Origin: Atribacterota bacterium
Lineage (GTDB): Bacteria > Atribacterota > Phoenicimicrobiia > Phoenicimicrobiales > Stramentimicrobiaceae
Direction of reading: 5' to 3'
DNA length: 64,000 bases
Assembly: GCA_040767965.1 (NCBI GenBank)
Contig: JAXGNR010000004.1
Coordinates: 672,001-736,000 of the forward strand
The stretch's first letter is position 1. Each line of letters starts with the position of its first letter. The translations under genes were made by a program, and so were the position numbers. Under the pieces are notes generated by a model, which did not search any database, was not told the DNA's origin, and saw only the letters and a program-made list of their open reading frames with translations. Shown one piece after another: positions 29,481 through 39,157 of the stretch.

Positions 29481-31526
29481 TTATTTTCCTTTATAATTTA
29501 ATAAATCACCAAAAACATCTTTTAATAAAATACGATCTGAGTTTTGGGTTTTGTTATAATCTTTAACTATTTGTTTTTGTTCTTCTTTTTCAGCTCTTCT
29601 GATGCTTAAGCTGATTTTTTTTCTTTTATCATCTATTTTAATAACAACTGTTTGAACGGTTTCTCCGACAGAAAGAACAGATTCAGGGCTTTCTATTTTA
29701 CGATTGGAAATTTCAGATAGTGGAACAAGACCATCAATATTTTCTTCTAAATTAATAAAAGCGCCAAAATTTGTTAAATTGACTACTTTGCCTTCTACTA
29801 ACTTGCCGACTCCATATTTTTTGCGGGTTTCATTCCAGGGGTTAGGCATAAGGCGTTTGCGGCTTAAAGTCAATTGGGATTTTTCCTTATCAATTTCAAT
29901 TATCTGCAATTCAACCTGATCGCCTTTTTTAAATACCTGACTTGGATGCTGTATATCATCCCATGATATTTCAGAAAAAGGTAAAAACCCTTCTATTTCT
30001 TCATCAAGACCGATAAAAATACCAAAATTCTTTAATCTTAAAACAGTTCCTGTAACTTTGTCATTTATGTTATATTTTTGTATGGCATTTTCCCAGGGGT
30101 TAGGCAAGGTTTGTTTTCTGCTTAAAAATATCATCCTGTCATTATTATCTATTTTTATTATTTTTAGAGGCAATATTGCATATTTTTTTAAAATTGAAGA
30201 TGGTTTTTCAATATATTTCCAATCAATTTCTGAGAGATGAACAATACCGGTAACTCCCGGATCTATTTCTACATTAGCTCCGTAAGAACTGACCTGGGTT
30301 ATTTTACCTTCAACAATATCTCCAACTTTATATTTTCCCTCTATATTTTTCCATGGGTCCTCCATAAGCTGCTTTAAGCCCAGTGATATTTTTTTCTTTT
30401 CTTTATCAATATCTAAAATACGAACTTTTATGTTTTCATTCTCAGAAAGTATATCCTGTGGTTCCCTGGTATAAGCCCAGGACATATCAGAAATATGCAG
30501 TAATCCATTCAGTCCGTCTTCCAGTTCAATAAATGCGCCAAAGTTCTTAATGCTTAAGACTTTACCATCAACTTCATCCCCTATGCTATATTTTTCATCG
30601 ATAACATCCCAGGGGTTAGGAGTAAGTTGTTTTATGCTTAGGGATATTTTTTGTTTTTCTTTATCATAATCGATAACTTTAACTTTGATTTCATCGCCTT
30701 TTTGGATCAACTTAAGAGGATCATTCATATCTTTCCAGGTTATTTCAGACAGATGCAAAAGTCCTTCAATCCCGCCGATATCAATAAAAGCTCCAAAATT
30801 GGTAATATTAACAACTTTGCCAGAAAGTATTTGCCCGCTTTCCAGGGTAGAAAGAGTTTTCTCTTTCATTGCTTCTCTTTCTTTTTCTAAGACCAGGCGA
30901 TGAGAAAGGACAACATTATTTCTGTTTTTATCAAGCTTAATGATATTAAAGGTTAATTTTTTTCCTACATATTTTTCTAAGTCTTTTTCTTCAATAAATT
31001 GCTGTTCTACATGAGATAAAGGAACAAATGCATTTATGCCCAAATCAACAATAAGCCCATTGCTGTTTTTTTCAATTACTTCACCTTCAACAGTTTTATT
31101 GCTTTTAAAAGCGTTAATTAATTGATCCCATAGTAAAATATATCTCGCTTTTTCCCGAGAAAGGTTTATCTGACTGTTTTTTTCATCCACTTGAACAATA
31201 AAGACATCGATTTCATCATCTATTTCTAAAGTATGATTAACTTTATTCTGGTTTGAGCCAAATAAAGAATCTTCGGTAACAGGGAGAAATCCTTCCATTT
31301 TATAATTAATATCAACTAAATAACCATCATCATCAACTTTAACGATTTTACCTTTAATGATTTCCCCTCTTCTGATTTTCTTGAATCCATCCAATGAATC
31401 ATTCATAAGATCATTCATTGAACTTTCTTCCTGAGTTTCTTCTGTTTGATTTGATAATTGTTTTTCTTCTTTTATTTCGTTTTGATTTTCCATTAGACTA
31501 CTATTTCCTCCTTCGTTGTTCTGCAT
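29481..31526 (-). CDS. rpsA: 30S ribosomal protein bS1 with seven S1 repeats
   Basis: Repeated G.V..i..FGAFi.l..gi.GLlH.SEI units; C-terminal KISLSIR. Confidence 0.93.
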   Translation of the reverse strand: MQNNEGGNSSLMENQNEIKEEKQLSNQTEETQEESSMNDLMNDSLDGFKKIRRGEIIKGKIVKVDDDGYLVDINYKMEGFLPVTEDSLFGSNQNKVNHTLEIDDEIDVFIVQVDEKNSQINLSREKARYILLWDQLINAFKSNKTVEGEVIEKNSNGLIVDLGINAFVPLSHVEQQFIEEKDLEKYVGKKLTFNIIKLDKNRNNVVLSHRLVLEKEREAMKEKTLSTLESGQILSGKVVNITNFGAFIDIGGIEGLLHLSEITWKDMNDPLKLIQKGDEIKVKVIDYDKEKQKISLSIKQLTPNPWDVIDEKYSIGDEVDGKVLSIKNFGAFIELEDGLNGLLHISDMSWAYTREPQDILSENENIKVRILDIDKEKKKISLGLKQLMEDPWKNIEGKYKVGDIVEGKITQVSSYGANVEIDPGVTGIVHLSEIDWKYIEKPSSILKKYAILPLKIIKIDNNDRMIFLSRKQTLPNPWENAIQKYNINDKVTGTVLRLKNFGIFIGLDEEIEGFLPFSEISWDDIQHPSQVFKKGDQVELQIIEIDKEKSQLTLSRKRLMPNPWNETRKKYGVGKLVEGKVVNLTNFGAFINLEENIDGLVPLSEISNRKIESPESVLSVGETVQTVVIKIDDKRKKISLSIRRAEKEEQKQIVKDYNKTQNSDRILLKDVFGDLLNYKGK

Positions 31527-31627
31527 TTTTAATTAAAGATATAAATTAATAATTGCAAAACTTTTTCATAGTTATACTTATATTTTCTCATTGACTATTT
31601 TGGATTTGAGAAAAATTGTTTATAAAT

Positions 31628-32218
31628 TTAGTATTCAGAAGTGTTTATAATTCCTTTTTCAGTAATAATATAATCAACTGCAATATCATGCTTTTCCACA
31701 GGTATTTTTTCTATTATCTGAAAATCAAAAGATAAGGCAATTTTGCAGGTTTTCTGAACTAATTTGCTAAGAAAACGATCATAGTAACCGCCACCTCTAC
31801 CTAATCTATAACCTTGTCTGGTAAAAGCGACACCTGGTATGATAACCAAATCTAATATTTCAGGAGGATGTACTCTTTGAAAATTTATTTTTGGCTCATA
31901 AACACCTAAATCACCAATTTGGAGTTCTTGTTGAAAATTTTTAATAAGAGAAGGCAAAAGATCATGTTTTTCTTTAATTATCAGAGGAATAAAAATATTT
32001 TTATTATCACTTTGCGCAGAATTGATAATTTTTTGTGTTTGAACTTCTGATTTAGTAGAAATATACAGCATAATATTTTCTGATTGTTGATATTTATCAA
32101 ATTTTATTAAATAGTTTGCTATTTTATTACTTTTGTCTAAAATAGCATCAGAAGAAAGCATTCTTCTCATTTCAAGAATGGACTTTCTGATCATTTTTTT
32201 ATTTAACTTGTTAATCAT
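31628..32218 (-). CDS. 5-formyltetrahydrofolate cyclo-ligase
   Basis: PGVAF..GYRLGRGGGYYDRFL, HDIAVD. Confidence 0.95.
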   Translation of the reverse strand: MINKLNKKMIRKSILEMRRMLSSDAILDKSNKIANYLIKFDKYQQSENIMLYISTKSEVQTQKIINSAQSDNKNIFIPLIIKEKHDLLPSLIKNFQQELQIGDLGVYEPKINFQRVHPPEILDLVIIPGVAFTRQGYRLGRGGGYYDRFLSKLVQKTCKIALSFDFQIIEKIPVEKHDIAVDYIITEKGIINTSEY

Positions 32219-32293
32219 AATACATATTATGCTGAATTGTCAACAGTAATTCAATTTTAATATAGATTTTAATATAGAAGTAATTTTAAAAAA

Positions 32294-32511
32294 TAACCCC
32301 GCTATGACGCTAACCTCAAGTTTTGATACCTATCCTCAGACAGGTGGATATCTAACCGGATATTTTAAACTTCCAGTTAATTAACTATTGTTAATCTTAG
32401 GTTGTCCTAAATGGAAAACCACAGGCTTGTTCTACATATCCGGACTTGATTTCCTCTTTATAAAAGTGTTGGGTCAAAACTTATTCAGTTTGGCGTCTAC
32501 AGCAGGGTGAC
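32294..32511 (-). ncRNA. ssrS: 6S RNA
   Basis: Rod-like pairing on the minus strand: ccctgctgtagacgc/gcgtcatagcgggg, gttttgac/atcaaaac, ccggatat/atatccgg, central bubble with ccacctg; between aspS and the cyclo-ligase gene. Confidence 0.85.
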
Positions 32512-32529
32512 TTGTCACTTTCTGAAATA

Positions 32530-32558
32530 AATATAACATATTTATAGACTAATTTCAA
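32530..32558 (-). promoter_or_regulatory. Sigma70 promoter of 6S RNA
   Basis: TTGAAA-17-TATATT with extended TG. Confidence 0.6.
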
Positions 32559-32628
32559 TTAGCGTCGGTTTACAAATAAATATATTTTCCAGCATTTTTA
32601 TCTGCCAGAATATTTATTGACAGAAATC

Positions 32629-34428
32629 TTACCGACTAATTTTTAAATGTAATTCCTTCAGCTGTTCATCATTCACTTCTGATGGTGCGCCGGTTAATAG
32701 ACAGGTTGCCTTTTGTGTTTTTGGAAAAGCAATCACTTCTCGTATGGAACTGGAACCTGTAAGGATCATTACCAGCCGATCCAAACCAAAAGCTATTCCT
32801 CCATGAGGAGGAGCACCATATTTTAAGGCATTAAGTAAAAATCCAAATTTTTGCTCTGCCTCGGTTTTGTTTATCTTCAGCAAATCAAAGATTTTTTCCT
32901 GAATTTCTGTTTGATGGATACGGATACTTCCACCTCCGATTTCACTGCCGTTTAAAACTAAATCATACGCCTTGGATCGTGCGTTATACGGATTTTTATC
33001 CAACAAAGCAATGTCTTTATCTATCGGTGCAGTAAACGGATGATGCATGGATGTATATCTTTTTTCAGTGTTAGAGTATTCAAATAAGGGGAAATTTGTT
33101 ACCCATAAAAATCTATATTGACTATTATCAACTAAATTTAAATCTCTGGCCAGTTTAATTCTAATTTGTCCCAGCGCTTGCAGTGCAGTCATTTTGGGAC
33201 CGGCAATAATAAAAATGAGGTCTCCTGCTTTGGCATTTGTTTTTTGTCTTATTTGCCCTATTTCATCCCCGGAAAGATACTTGGCTATAGATGATTGAAT
33301 AGTATTATCTTCTTTAAAGCGAATATAAGATAAACCTGCTAAATCTAAAGATTTAACAAAATTATTTAAATCATCTATATTTTTCCGGGAAAATGAATCT
33401 GGTTTTTCAGTTTTAATTGCACCAATAATTCCGTCATTTTCAATAATTCCTGAAAATATCTGAAAGTTTGTTTGCAAAAAAACTTCATTTAAGTCAATTA
33501 TTTCCATATCGTATCTTAAATCAGGCTTATCAATTCCATATTTTGACATAACTTGATCATAATCATATCTAAGGAAAGGTTTATTTATAATTATACCCAA
33601 TATTTCTTTGAATAAATGAACCATTAAATCTTCAATTAAATTAAAAATATCATCACGTTCGACGAAAGACATTTCCATATCTAACTGAGTGAATTCCGGA
33701 GCTCTATCAGCTCTCAAATCTTCATCTCTAAAACAGCGGACAATCTGATAGTATTTATCAAAACCGCTAATCATCAGCAGTTGCTTGAACAGTTGAGGTG
33801 ATTGAGGAAGGGCATAAAATTTACCCGGATTAACCCGGCTTGGAACAATATAATCCCTGGCTCCTTCCGGTGTACTTTTGGTTAAAAAAGGTGTTTCAAT
33901 ATCCAGAAAACCTCTTGTATTAAGAAAATTACGGATGAGGTGACCAACTCGGTGACGAACAATTAAATTGTTTTTCATTTCTGTTTTTCGAAGATCCAGA
34001 TAGCGATATTTCAGTCTTAAATCGTCTCCAATGTCAGAATATTCATCAATACTAAAAGGAGGAGGCTCAGATGTGTTTAATATTTTAATATTTTTTACTC
34101 TTATTTCAATTTCACCAGTTTTCAAATTTGGGTTAATTGCATCTTCTCCTCTATTAGATACCTGTCCATTTATTGCAATTACATATTCATTTCTAATTTT
34201 ATGTGCAGTTAAATGGGCTTCTTCTGATATTTTAGGGTCAAATACTACTTGAGTTTTTCCTTCTCTGTCTCTCAAATCTACAAAAATGAGCCCACCATGG
34301 TCCCTTCTTGTATTTACCCATCCCATCAATATTACCTGTTCATTGACGTTTTTTTTATTTAGTTCTCCGCAAGTATGGGTTCTTTTCCATTCACCTAAAG
34401 TATTATATTCTTGCCCTAGCATGCTCAT
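32629..34428 (-). CDS. aspS: Aspartate--tRNA ligase
   Basis: RDHGGLIFVDLRD, ALPQSPQLFKQ, GAPPHGGIAFGLDR. Confidence 0.97.
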   Translation of the reverse strand: MSMLGQEYNTLGEWKRTHTCGELNKKNVNEQVILMGWVNTRRDHGGLIFVDLRDREGKTQVVFDPKISEEAHLTAHKIRNEYVIAINGQVSNRGEDAINPNLKTGEIEIRVKNIKILNTSEPPPFSIDEYSDIGDDLRLKYRYLDLRKTEMKNNLIVRHRVGHLIRNFLNTRGFLDIETPFLTKSTPEGARDYIVPSRVNPGKFYALPQSPQLFKQLLMISGFDKYYQIVRCFRDEDLRADRAPEFTQLDMEMSFVERDDIFNLIEDLMVHLFKEILGIIINKPFLRYDYDQVMSKYGIDKPDLRYDMEIIDLNEVFLQTNFQIFSGIIENDGIIGAIKTEKPDSFSRKNIDDLNNFVKSLDLAGLSYIRFKEDNTIQSSIAKYLSGDEIGQIRQKTNAKAGDLIFIIAGPKMTALQALGQIRIKLARDLNLVDNSQYRFLWVTNFPLFEYSNTEKRYTSMHHPFTAPIDKDIALLDKNPYNARSKAYDLVLNGSEIGGGSIRIHQTEIQEKIFDLLKINKTEAEQKFGFLLNALKYGAPPHGGIAFGLDRLVMILTGSSSIREVIAFPKTQKATCLLTGAPSEVNDEQLKELHLKISR

Positions 34429-34527
34429 TAGATACTCCTTCTTTTTATTAGTACATCTAGATTTATTTGTTTATGGCCTTTCATTTGAAAGGATTTTAAA
34501 AAGATAAATTTACTATGTTAAAAAATG

Positions 34528-35823
34528 TTAAGGGTAAATTTTATTTAACATTCTTGGGAAAGGTATAGTTTCCCTGATATGAGGCAAGTTACAGATCCAG
34601 GCAACAGTTCTTTCAATACCCAAACCAAATCCTGAATGAGGAACTGATCCATATCTTCTTAAGTCTATATACCATTGGTAATCTTCTTCCGGTAAATTAT
34701 GTTCTTTTATTCTTTCTTTTATCAAAGAATAGTCATCAATTCTTTGACCGCCACCAATTATTTCTCCGAAACCCTGTGGAGCTATCAAATCAGCTCCTAA
34801 AACTGTTTCCGGTCTTTCCGGATCGGGTTTCATATAAAAAGCCTTACATTTTGTGGGGTAGTGATGAATAAAAACAGGTTTTTGGAAGTTATTAGAAATA
34901 ATTGTCTCATCTTCTCCAGTTAAATCTTCTCCCCATTTGGTGGTGCTTCCCTCTTTTTGGATTATTTTAATTGCTTCATCGTAAGATAAATATGGAAATG
35001 GTGATTTTATTACTTCCAGCAAAGAAATGTCTCTTTCCAGATTTTTTAACTCCAAACTGCAATTGTTTAGAACATGTTCAATTATATGAATTATTAATTC
35101 TTCCTGTAATTTATTGTTGTCTTCAAAAGTAAAATAAGCTGCTTCCGGCTCTACCATCCAGAACTCCATTAAATGCCTTCTTGTTTTAGACTTTTCTGCT
35201 CTAAAAGTAGGTCCAAAACAATAAACTTTTCCGAAAGCCATTGCGGAAGCTTCATTATAAAGCTGTCCGCTTTGGGTTAAATAAGCTTTATCGCCAAAAT
35301 AATCTGTTTCAAATAATGTGGTTGTGCCTTCACAGGCAGATGGGGTTAAGATGGGAGATTCTATTAAGTAAAAACCTTTTTTATTTAAAAAATCATGGAT
35401 TGATTTAACAATTTCTGAACGTATTCGCAAAATAGAATTTTGTCTTTGTGTCCTCATCCAAAGATGCCTGTAATTCATCAGAAATCCTACACCGTGTTTT
35501 TTAAGGGAAATAGGGTACTCTTTTTCAGCATTATGGATGACCTGGATAGATTTTATGATTAATTCATAACCGCTTGGAGCTCTATTTTCTTTTTTAACTA
35601 AACCCTCTACTATTATAGATGATTCATAGTTTATATTTTCCAGCATATTAAAATATTCTTCATCTATTTCATTTTTTACCAGTATACCTTGTACAAAACC
35701 TGAGCCATCACGAATAATCATAAATTTTACTTTTCCACTTGAACGCTGATTGTATAACCATCCTTTTATAGAAACAATTTTTTCTTCATAATCCCTAATT
35801 TGAGATATACTTATATTTGTCAT
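34528..35823 (-). CDS. asnS: Asparagine--tRNA ligase
   Basis: AYLTQSGQLY, FRAEKSKTRRHLMEFWM, PHSGFGLGIER. Confidence 0.95.
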   Translation of the reverse strand: MTNISISQIRDYEEKIVSIKGWLYNQRSSGKVKFMIIRDGSGFVQGILVKNEIDEEYFNMLENINYESSIIVEGLVKKENRAPSGYELIIKSIQVIHNAEKEYPISLKKHGVGFLMNYRHLWMRTQRQNSILRIRSEIVKSIHDFLNKKGFYLIESPILTPSACEGTTTLFETDYFGDKAYLTQSGQLYNEASAMAFGKVYCFGPTFRAEKSKTRRHLMEFWMVEPEAAYFTFEDNNKLQEELIIHIIEHVLNNCSLELKNLERDISLLEVIKSPFPYLSYDEAIKIIQKEGSTTKWGEDLTGEDETIISNNFQKPVFIHHYPTKCKAFYMKPDPERPETVLGADLIAPQGFGEIIGGGQRIDDYSLIKERIKEHNLPEEDYQWYIDLRRYGSVPHSGFGLGIERTVAWICNLPHIRETIPFPRMLNKIYP

Positions 35824-35886
35824 TACAATAAATTCCCCCTATCGCATTACCCTTATATTAATTGTATACAGATGCATACAGAATAT

Positions 35887-37161
35887 TTATAATCTTTCTT
35901 TTTGTTGCCAAGAGATAATTTCATTTGCAAGATCATCTAAATTGACAATCTTCTGCTGCCCGTCTAGCATGTTTTTTAAAATTGCACTTTTTTGAACTAG
36001 TTCATCTTGCCCCAGTATAATAACATAAGAAACCTGTAGTTTATTTGCCTGGCGCATTTGGGCTTTTAAGCTTTTGTTAAGAAAGTCAATTTCTGTGCTG
36101 ATATTATTTTCTCTCAAGTTTAAAGCAACCTGCAATGCAATAGATGTTTCTTTTTCACTGGTGGCAGCAATGAATACTTTTAAACCCTCCCAGAAAGGTA
36201 TTTTTATCTGCTGTTTTTCCATTGTAGAGATAATTCTTTCAATTCCAGCTGCAAAGCCTACGGCAGGAGTAGGTGACCCGCCTAACTCTTCTACCAAATA
36301 GTCATACCGACCGCCTCCGCCTATTGCATTTTGAGACCCTAATTCTCCTGAAGTAATTTCAAAAGCAGTTTTTGTATAGTAATCCAAACCCCTAACCAGC
36401 AATGGATTTATCTGATAATTAATTGTCAAATGGTCTAAATATTTTTTCAGTTTACTGAAATGTTCAGAACAATCCTCACAAAGATAATCATAAATAGACG
36501 GACTTTTTTTTATTTGAATCTGGCAATTTGTTTTCTTGCAATCTAAAATCCGCAACGGGTTTTTGTGATACCTTTCCTGACAATCAGAACACAATAAATC
36601 TTTTTTGTCCTGGAAATATTCTTTCAGTTCTTTTAAATAAATAGGCCTGCATTTTCTGCAGCCCACGCTGTTCAGGATTAAACTAAAGTCTTTGATACCA
36701 ATCTTTTTATAAATAGCAACAGCTGCTGCTATTATTTCTGCATCTACCAGAGAAAAAGGGGAGCCAATTGCCTCTAATCCAAATTGATTGAACTGACGAA
36801 ATCTTCCAGCTTGCGGCTTTTCACAACGAAACATGCTGCCTAAATAAAAAAGTTTGCTGACCGGATTTTCTCTACCAATTTTATGCTCTAAATAAGCTCT
36901 TACTACTGGTGCAGTCCCTTCAGGTCTTAAAGTTAAACTCCTGCCTTTTTGATCCTGAAATGTGAACATTTCCTTATTTACTATATCAGTAGTTTCACCG
37001 ATACCCCTGATAAACAGCTCAGTATGTTCAAAAGAAGGAGTTCTGATTTCTCTGTATCCAAATTTCTGTAAAGTGTTTTTTATAATTTCTTCAACATAAT
37101 ACCAATAATCAATCCGTGATGGCAATATGTCGTTTGTTCCTTTTGGAGCTTTTGTTAACAC
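35887..37161 (-). CDS. hisS: Histidine--tRNA ligase
   Basis: LRPEGTA, GRFRQF, LVRGLDYY, GGGRYD. Confidence 0.97.
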   Translation of the reverse strand: MLTKAPKGTNDILPSRIDYWYYVEEIIKNTLQKFGYREIRTPSFEHTELFIRGIGETTDIVNKEMFTFQDQKGRSLTLRPEGTAPVVRAYLEHKIGRENPVSKLFYLGSMFRCEKPQAGRFRQFNQFGLEAIGSPFSLVDAEIIAAAVAIYKKIGIKDFSLILNSVGCRKCRPIYLKELKEYFQDKKDLLCSDCQERYHKNPLRILDCKKTNCQIQIKKSPSIYDYLCEDCSEHFSKLKKYLDHLTINYQINPLLVRGLDYYTKTAFEITSGELGSQNAIGGGGRYDYLVEELGGSPTPAVGFAAGIERIISTMEKQQIKIPFWEGLKVFIAATSEKETSIALQVALNLRENNISTEIDFLNKSLKAQMRQANKLQVSYVIILGQDELVQKSAILKNMLDGQQKIVNLDDLANEIISWQQKERL

Positions 37162-37242
37162 GGCAATCTCCTTATCTGTTCATGTAATTAATCAGTTATT
37201 ATCTTTAACAGGGTTTTACACTAAATAAAAAATTATTTATAA

Positions 37243-37490
37243 AATAAAAAACCTGATAATATTTAATAATACTATCAGGGGCGAAATTATTTCGCGGTGC
37301 CACCCTGTTTAATGGATTTGTTTTCACATTCGCTTAATTATTTTAACGCATTTAACGGTAAGTTTTATTCTTTAAATATTTTAAAAGAATATTCAGATTG
37401 TCTTTCAATTACCGTTAAGGTAATTTACTTTTCTAAAAACTTACTATTTAGATATATTATTTAATTTTAACTAAAATAGAAAAGTTATTT
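37243..37490 (-). promoter_or_regulatory. T-box riboswitch leader of hisS-asnS-aspS
   Basis: Minus strand AACAGGGTGGCACCGCG (37309-37293), antiterminator arm CGCCCCT, terminator cctgata..tatcagg plus U-run; 5' boundary uncertain. Confidence 0.85.
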
Positions 37491-37538
37491 TTAGATATTC
37501 TATAATATTTACAATAAAAAAGTCAATAATTCATACTT

Positions 37539-38600
37539 TTATAACCCGGCATATTCAATAAAAGAATTTTTATTAATAGCTTTTTTTAAAGCAGCTTCTC
37601 TGGTTATCTTTCCCTGCATTAGCAAATCTTTTAAAGATTGATCCAAACTTTGCATGCCTGCTTTTTTACTAATTTGAATAGTAGAAGGTATTTGATGTAT
37701 TTTTTCATCACGAATCAGGTTTCTGATAGCAGGGGTTGCCAGCATTAACTCCATAGCTGCAACTCTTCCCTGTCCATCTGAAGTGGGAATTAAAGTTTGA
37801 GCAATTACTGCTTCAATAGATCCGGCTACCTGTAATCTTGCTTGAGCCTGTTGATGTGCCGGGAAGGCATTTATTATTCTTTCTATGGTATCTGCTGCAC
37901 TGTTGGTATGCAAGGTCGAAAACACCAGATGACCTGTTTCGGCAGCCTTTAAAGCCATAGAAATTGTCTCTAAGTCTCTCATTTCACCTACCAGAATAAC
38001 ATCCGGGTCTTCACGCAAGGCTACTCTTAAAGCACTGGCAAATGATTCTGCATGTTCTCCGATTTCTCTTTGTGAAATGACACAATTTTTATGGGTATGG
38101 ACAAATTCAATAGGATCTTCAATTGAAATAATATGATCATATCGCTGAGTATTTATAATATCAATTAAAGCCGCCAGAGTGGTAGATTTACCACTGCCGG
38201 TTGGGCCGGTAACAAGAACAATCCCTTTATCTTTTTCTGTTAATGTATTTATTATTTCCGGTAATCCCAATTGTTCTGTAGAAAGTATAACATTAGGAAT
38301 AAGTCTTATTACGGCAGCATTTCCCAGGCGATGCTTAAAAATATTAATTCGAAACCTGGAAACATCTTTTATTTCATAAGAAAAATCTAACTGCTTGTTT
38401 TTTTCAAAATCGTCTTTTTGCTTGTCAGAGATTATACTATAAATCAATTTTTGGACATCCTCTGAGCTTAATACAGGGAATTCTGATTTAGTCATTTTTC
38501 CGTTTAAACGAAAAACTGGCGGTATGCCAATATTTAAATGAACATCTGAAGCTTCTTTGTCTTTTGCTTTTGTTAATATTTCTTGAATCTTATAATCCAT
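37539..38600 (-). CDS. pilT: Retraction ATPase PilT (copy 1)
   Basis: GPTGSGKSTT, ALREDPD, AAETGHL, AIRNLIRD. Confidence 0.95.
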   Translation of the reverse strand: MDYKIQEILTKAKDKEASDVHLNIGIPPVFRLNGKMTKSEFPVLSSEDVQKLIYSIISDKQKDDFEKNKQLDFSYEIKDVSRFRINIFKHRLGNAAVIRLIPNVILSTEQLGLPEIINTLTEKDKGIVLVTGPTGSGKSTTLAALIDIINTQRYDHIISIEDPIEFVHTHKNCVISQREIGEHAESFASALRVALREDPDVILVGEMRDLETISMALKAAETGHLVFSTLHTNSAADTIERIINAFPAHQQAQARLQVAGSIEAVIAQTLIPTSDGQGRVAAMELMLATPAIRNLIRDEKIHQIPSTIQISKKAGMQSLDQSLKDLLMQGKITREAALKKAINKNSFIEYAGL

Positions 38601-38636
38601 TTATCTCTGTAATCTCCTTTTTCATTCTTTTCGGCA

Positions 38637-39092
38637 TTATTTTTCCCAGATATCAGGATGTTCTTGCTCGATAAGTTTAATTATTTCGGCAATGTTTTGA
38701 AAAGAAGCAAAAACTATTTCAATATTATTTTGAAAAGCAGATTTTACCCTTTCAATTGCTTCATAATCTGTGGGATCAGCCATTGCAATAGTTACTTTGC
38801 CTTCTATTTCTATTAAAGGAATTAAATTATAATTTTTTATTAAGTATTCGGGAATTTTTTTTATCAGATTAAAATCCAGCTGCTCTTTTTCAATTTGAAC
38901 ATATGGCATATCTAATTGTCTGCTTAAAACCCAGTTTATCTGATCTTGAGTTACTAATTTTAATTTAATTAATGTTTCTCCAATCCGTTTATTTTTTTGT
39001 TTTTGTACTTTTAATGCCTTTGTTAATTGTTCTGAAGAAATCATTTTATAATCTAATAATATTTCTCCAAGTTTTTTATTATTTTCTTTCAT
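38637..39092 (-). CDS. Stand-alone MshEN/T2SSE-N domain protein
   Basis: KLGEILLDYKMISSEQLTKALKVQ..RIGETLIKLKLVTQDQI..LSRQ; IAMADP; no ATPase domain. Confidence 0.8.
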   Translation of the reverse strand: MKENNKKLGEILLDYKMISSEQLTKALKVQKQKNKRIGETLIKLKLVTQDQINWVLSRQLDMPYVQIEKEQLDFNLIKKIPEYLIKNYNLIPLIEIEGKVTIAMADPTDYEAIERVKSAFQNNIEIVFASFQNIAEIIKLIEQEHPDIWEK

Positions 39093-39157
39093 ATAATGTC
39101 ACTCCTTATAAGCAAACTTAGAAAAAGCTTATGTAAAATATTATTTTAATTGTTCAT

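Noticed and set aside
37203-37222. tttaacagggttttac similarity to the fimT upstream sequence
   Set aside because: Lacks the GG.AAT box, and a similar string occurs inside a CDS near 59880, so chance is likely
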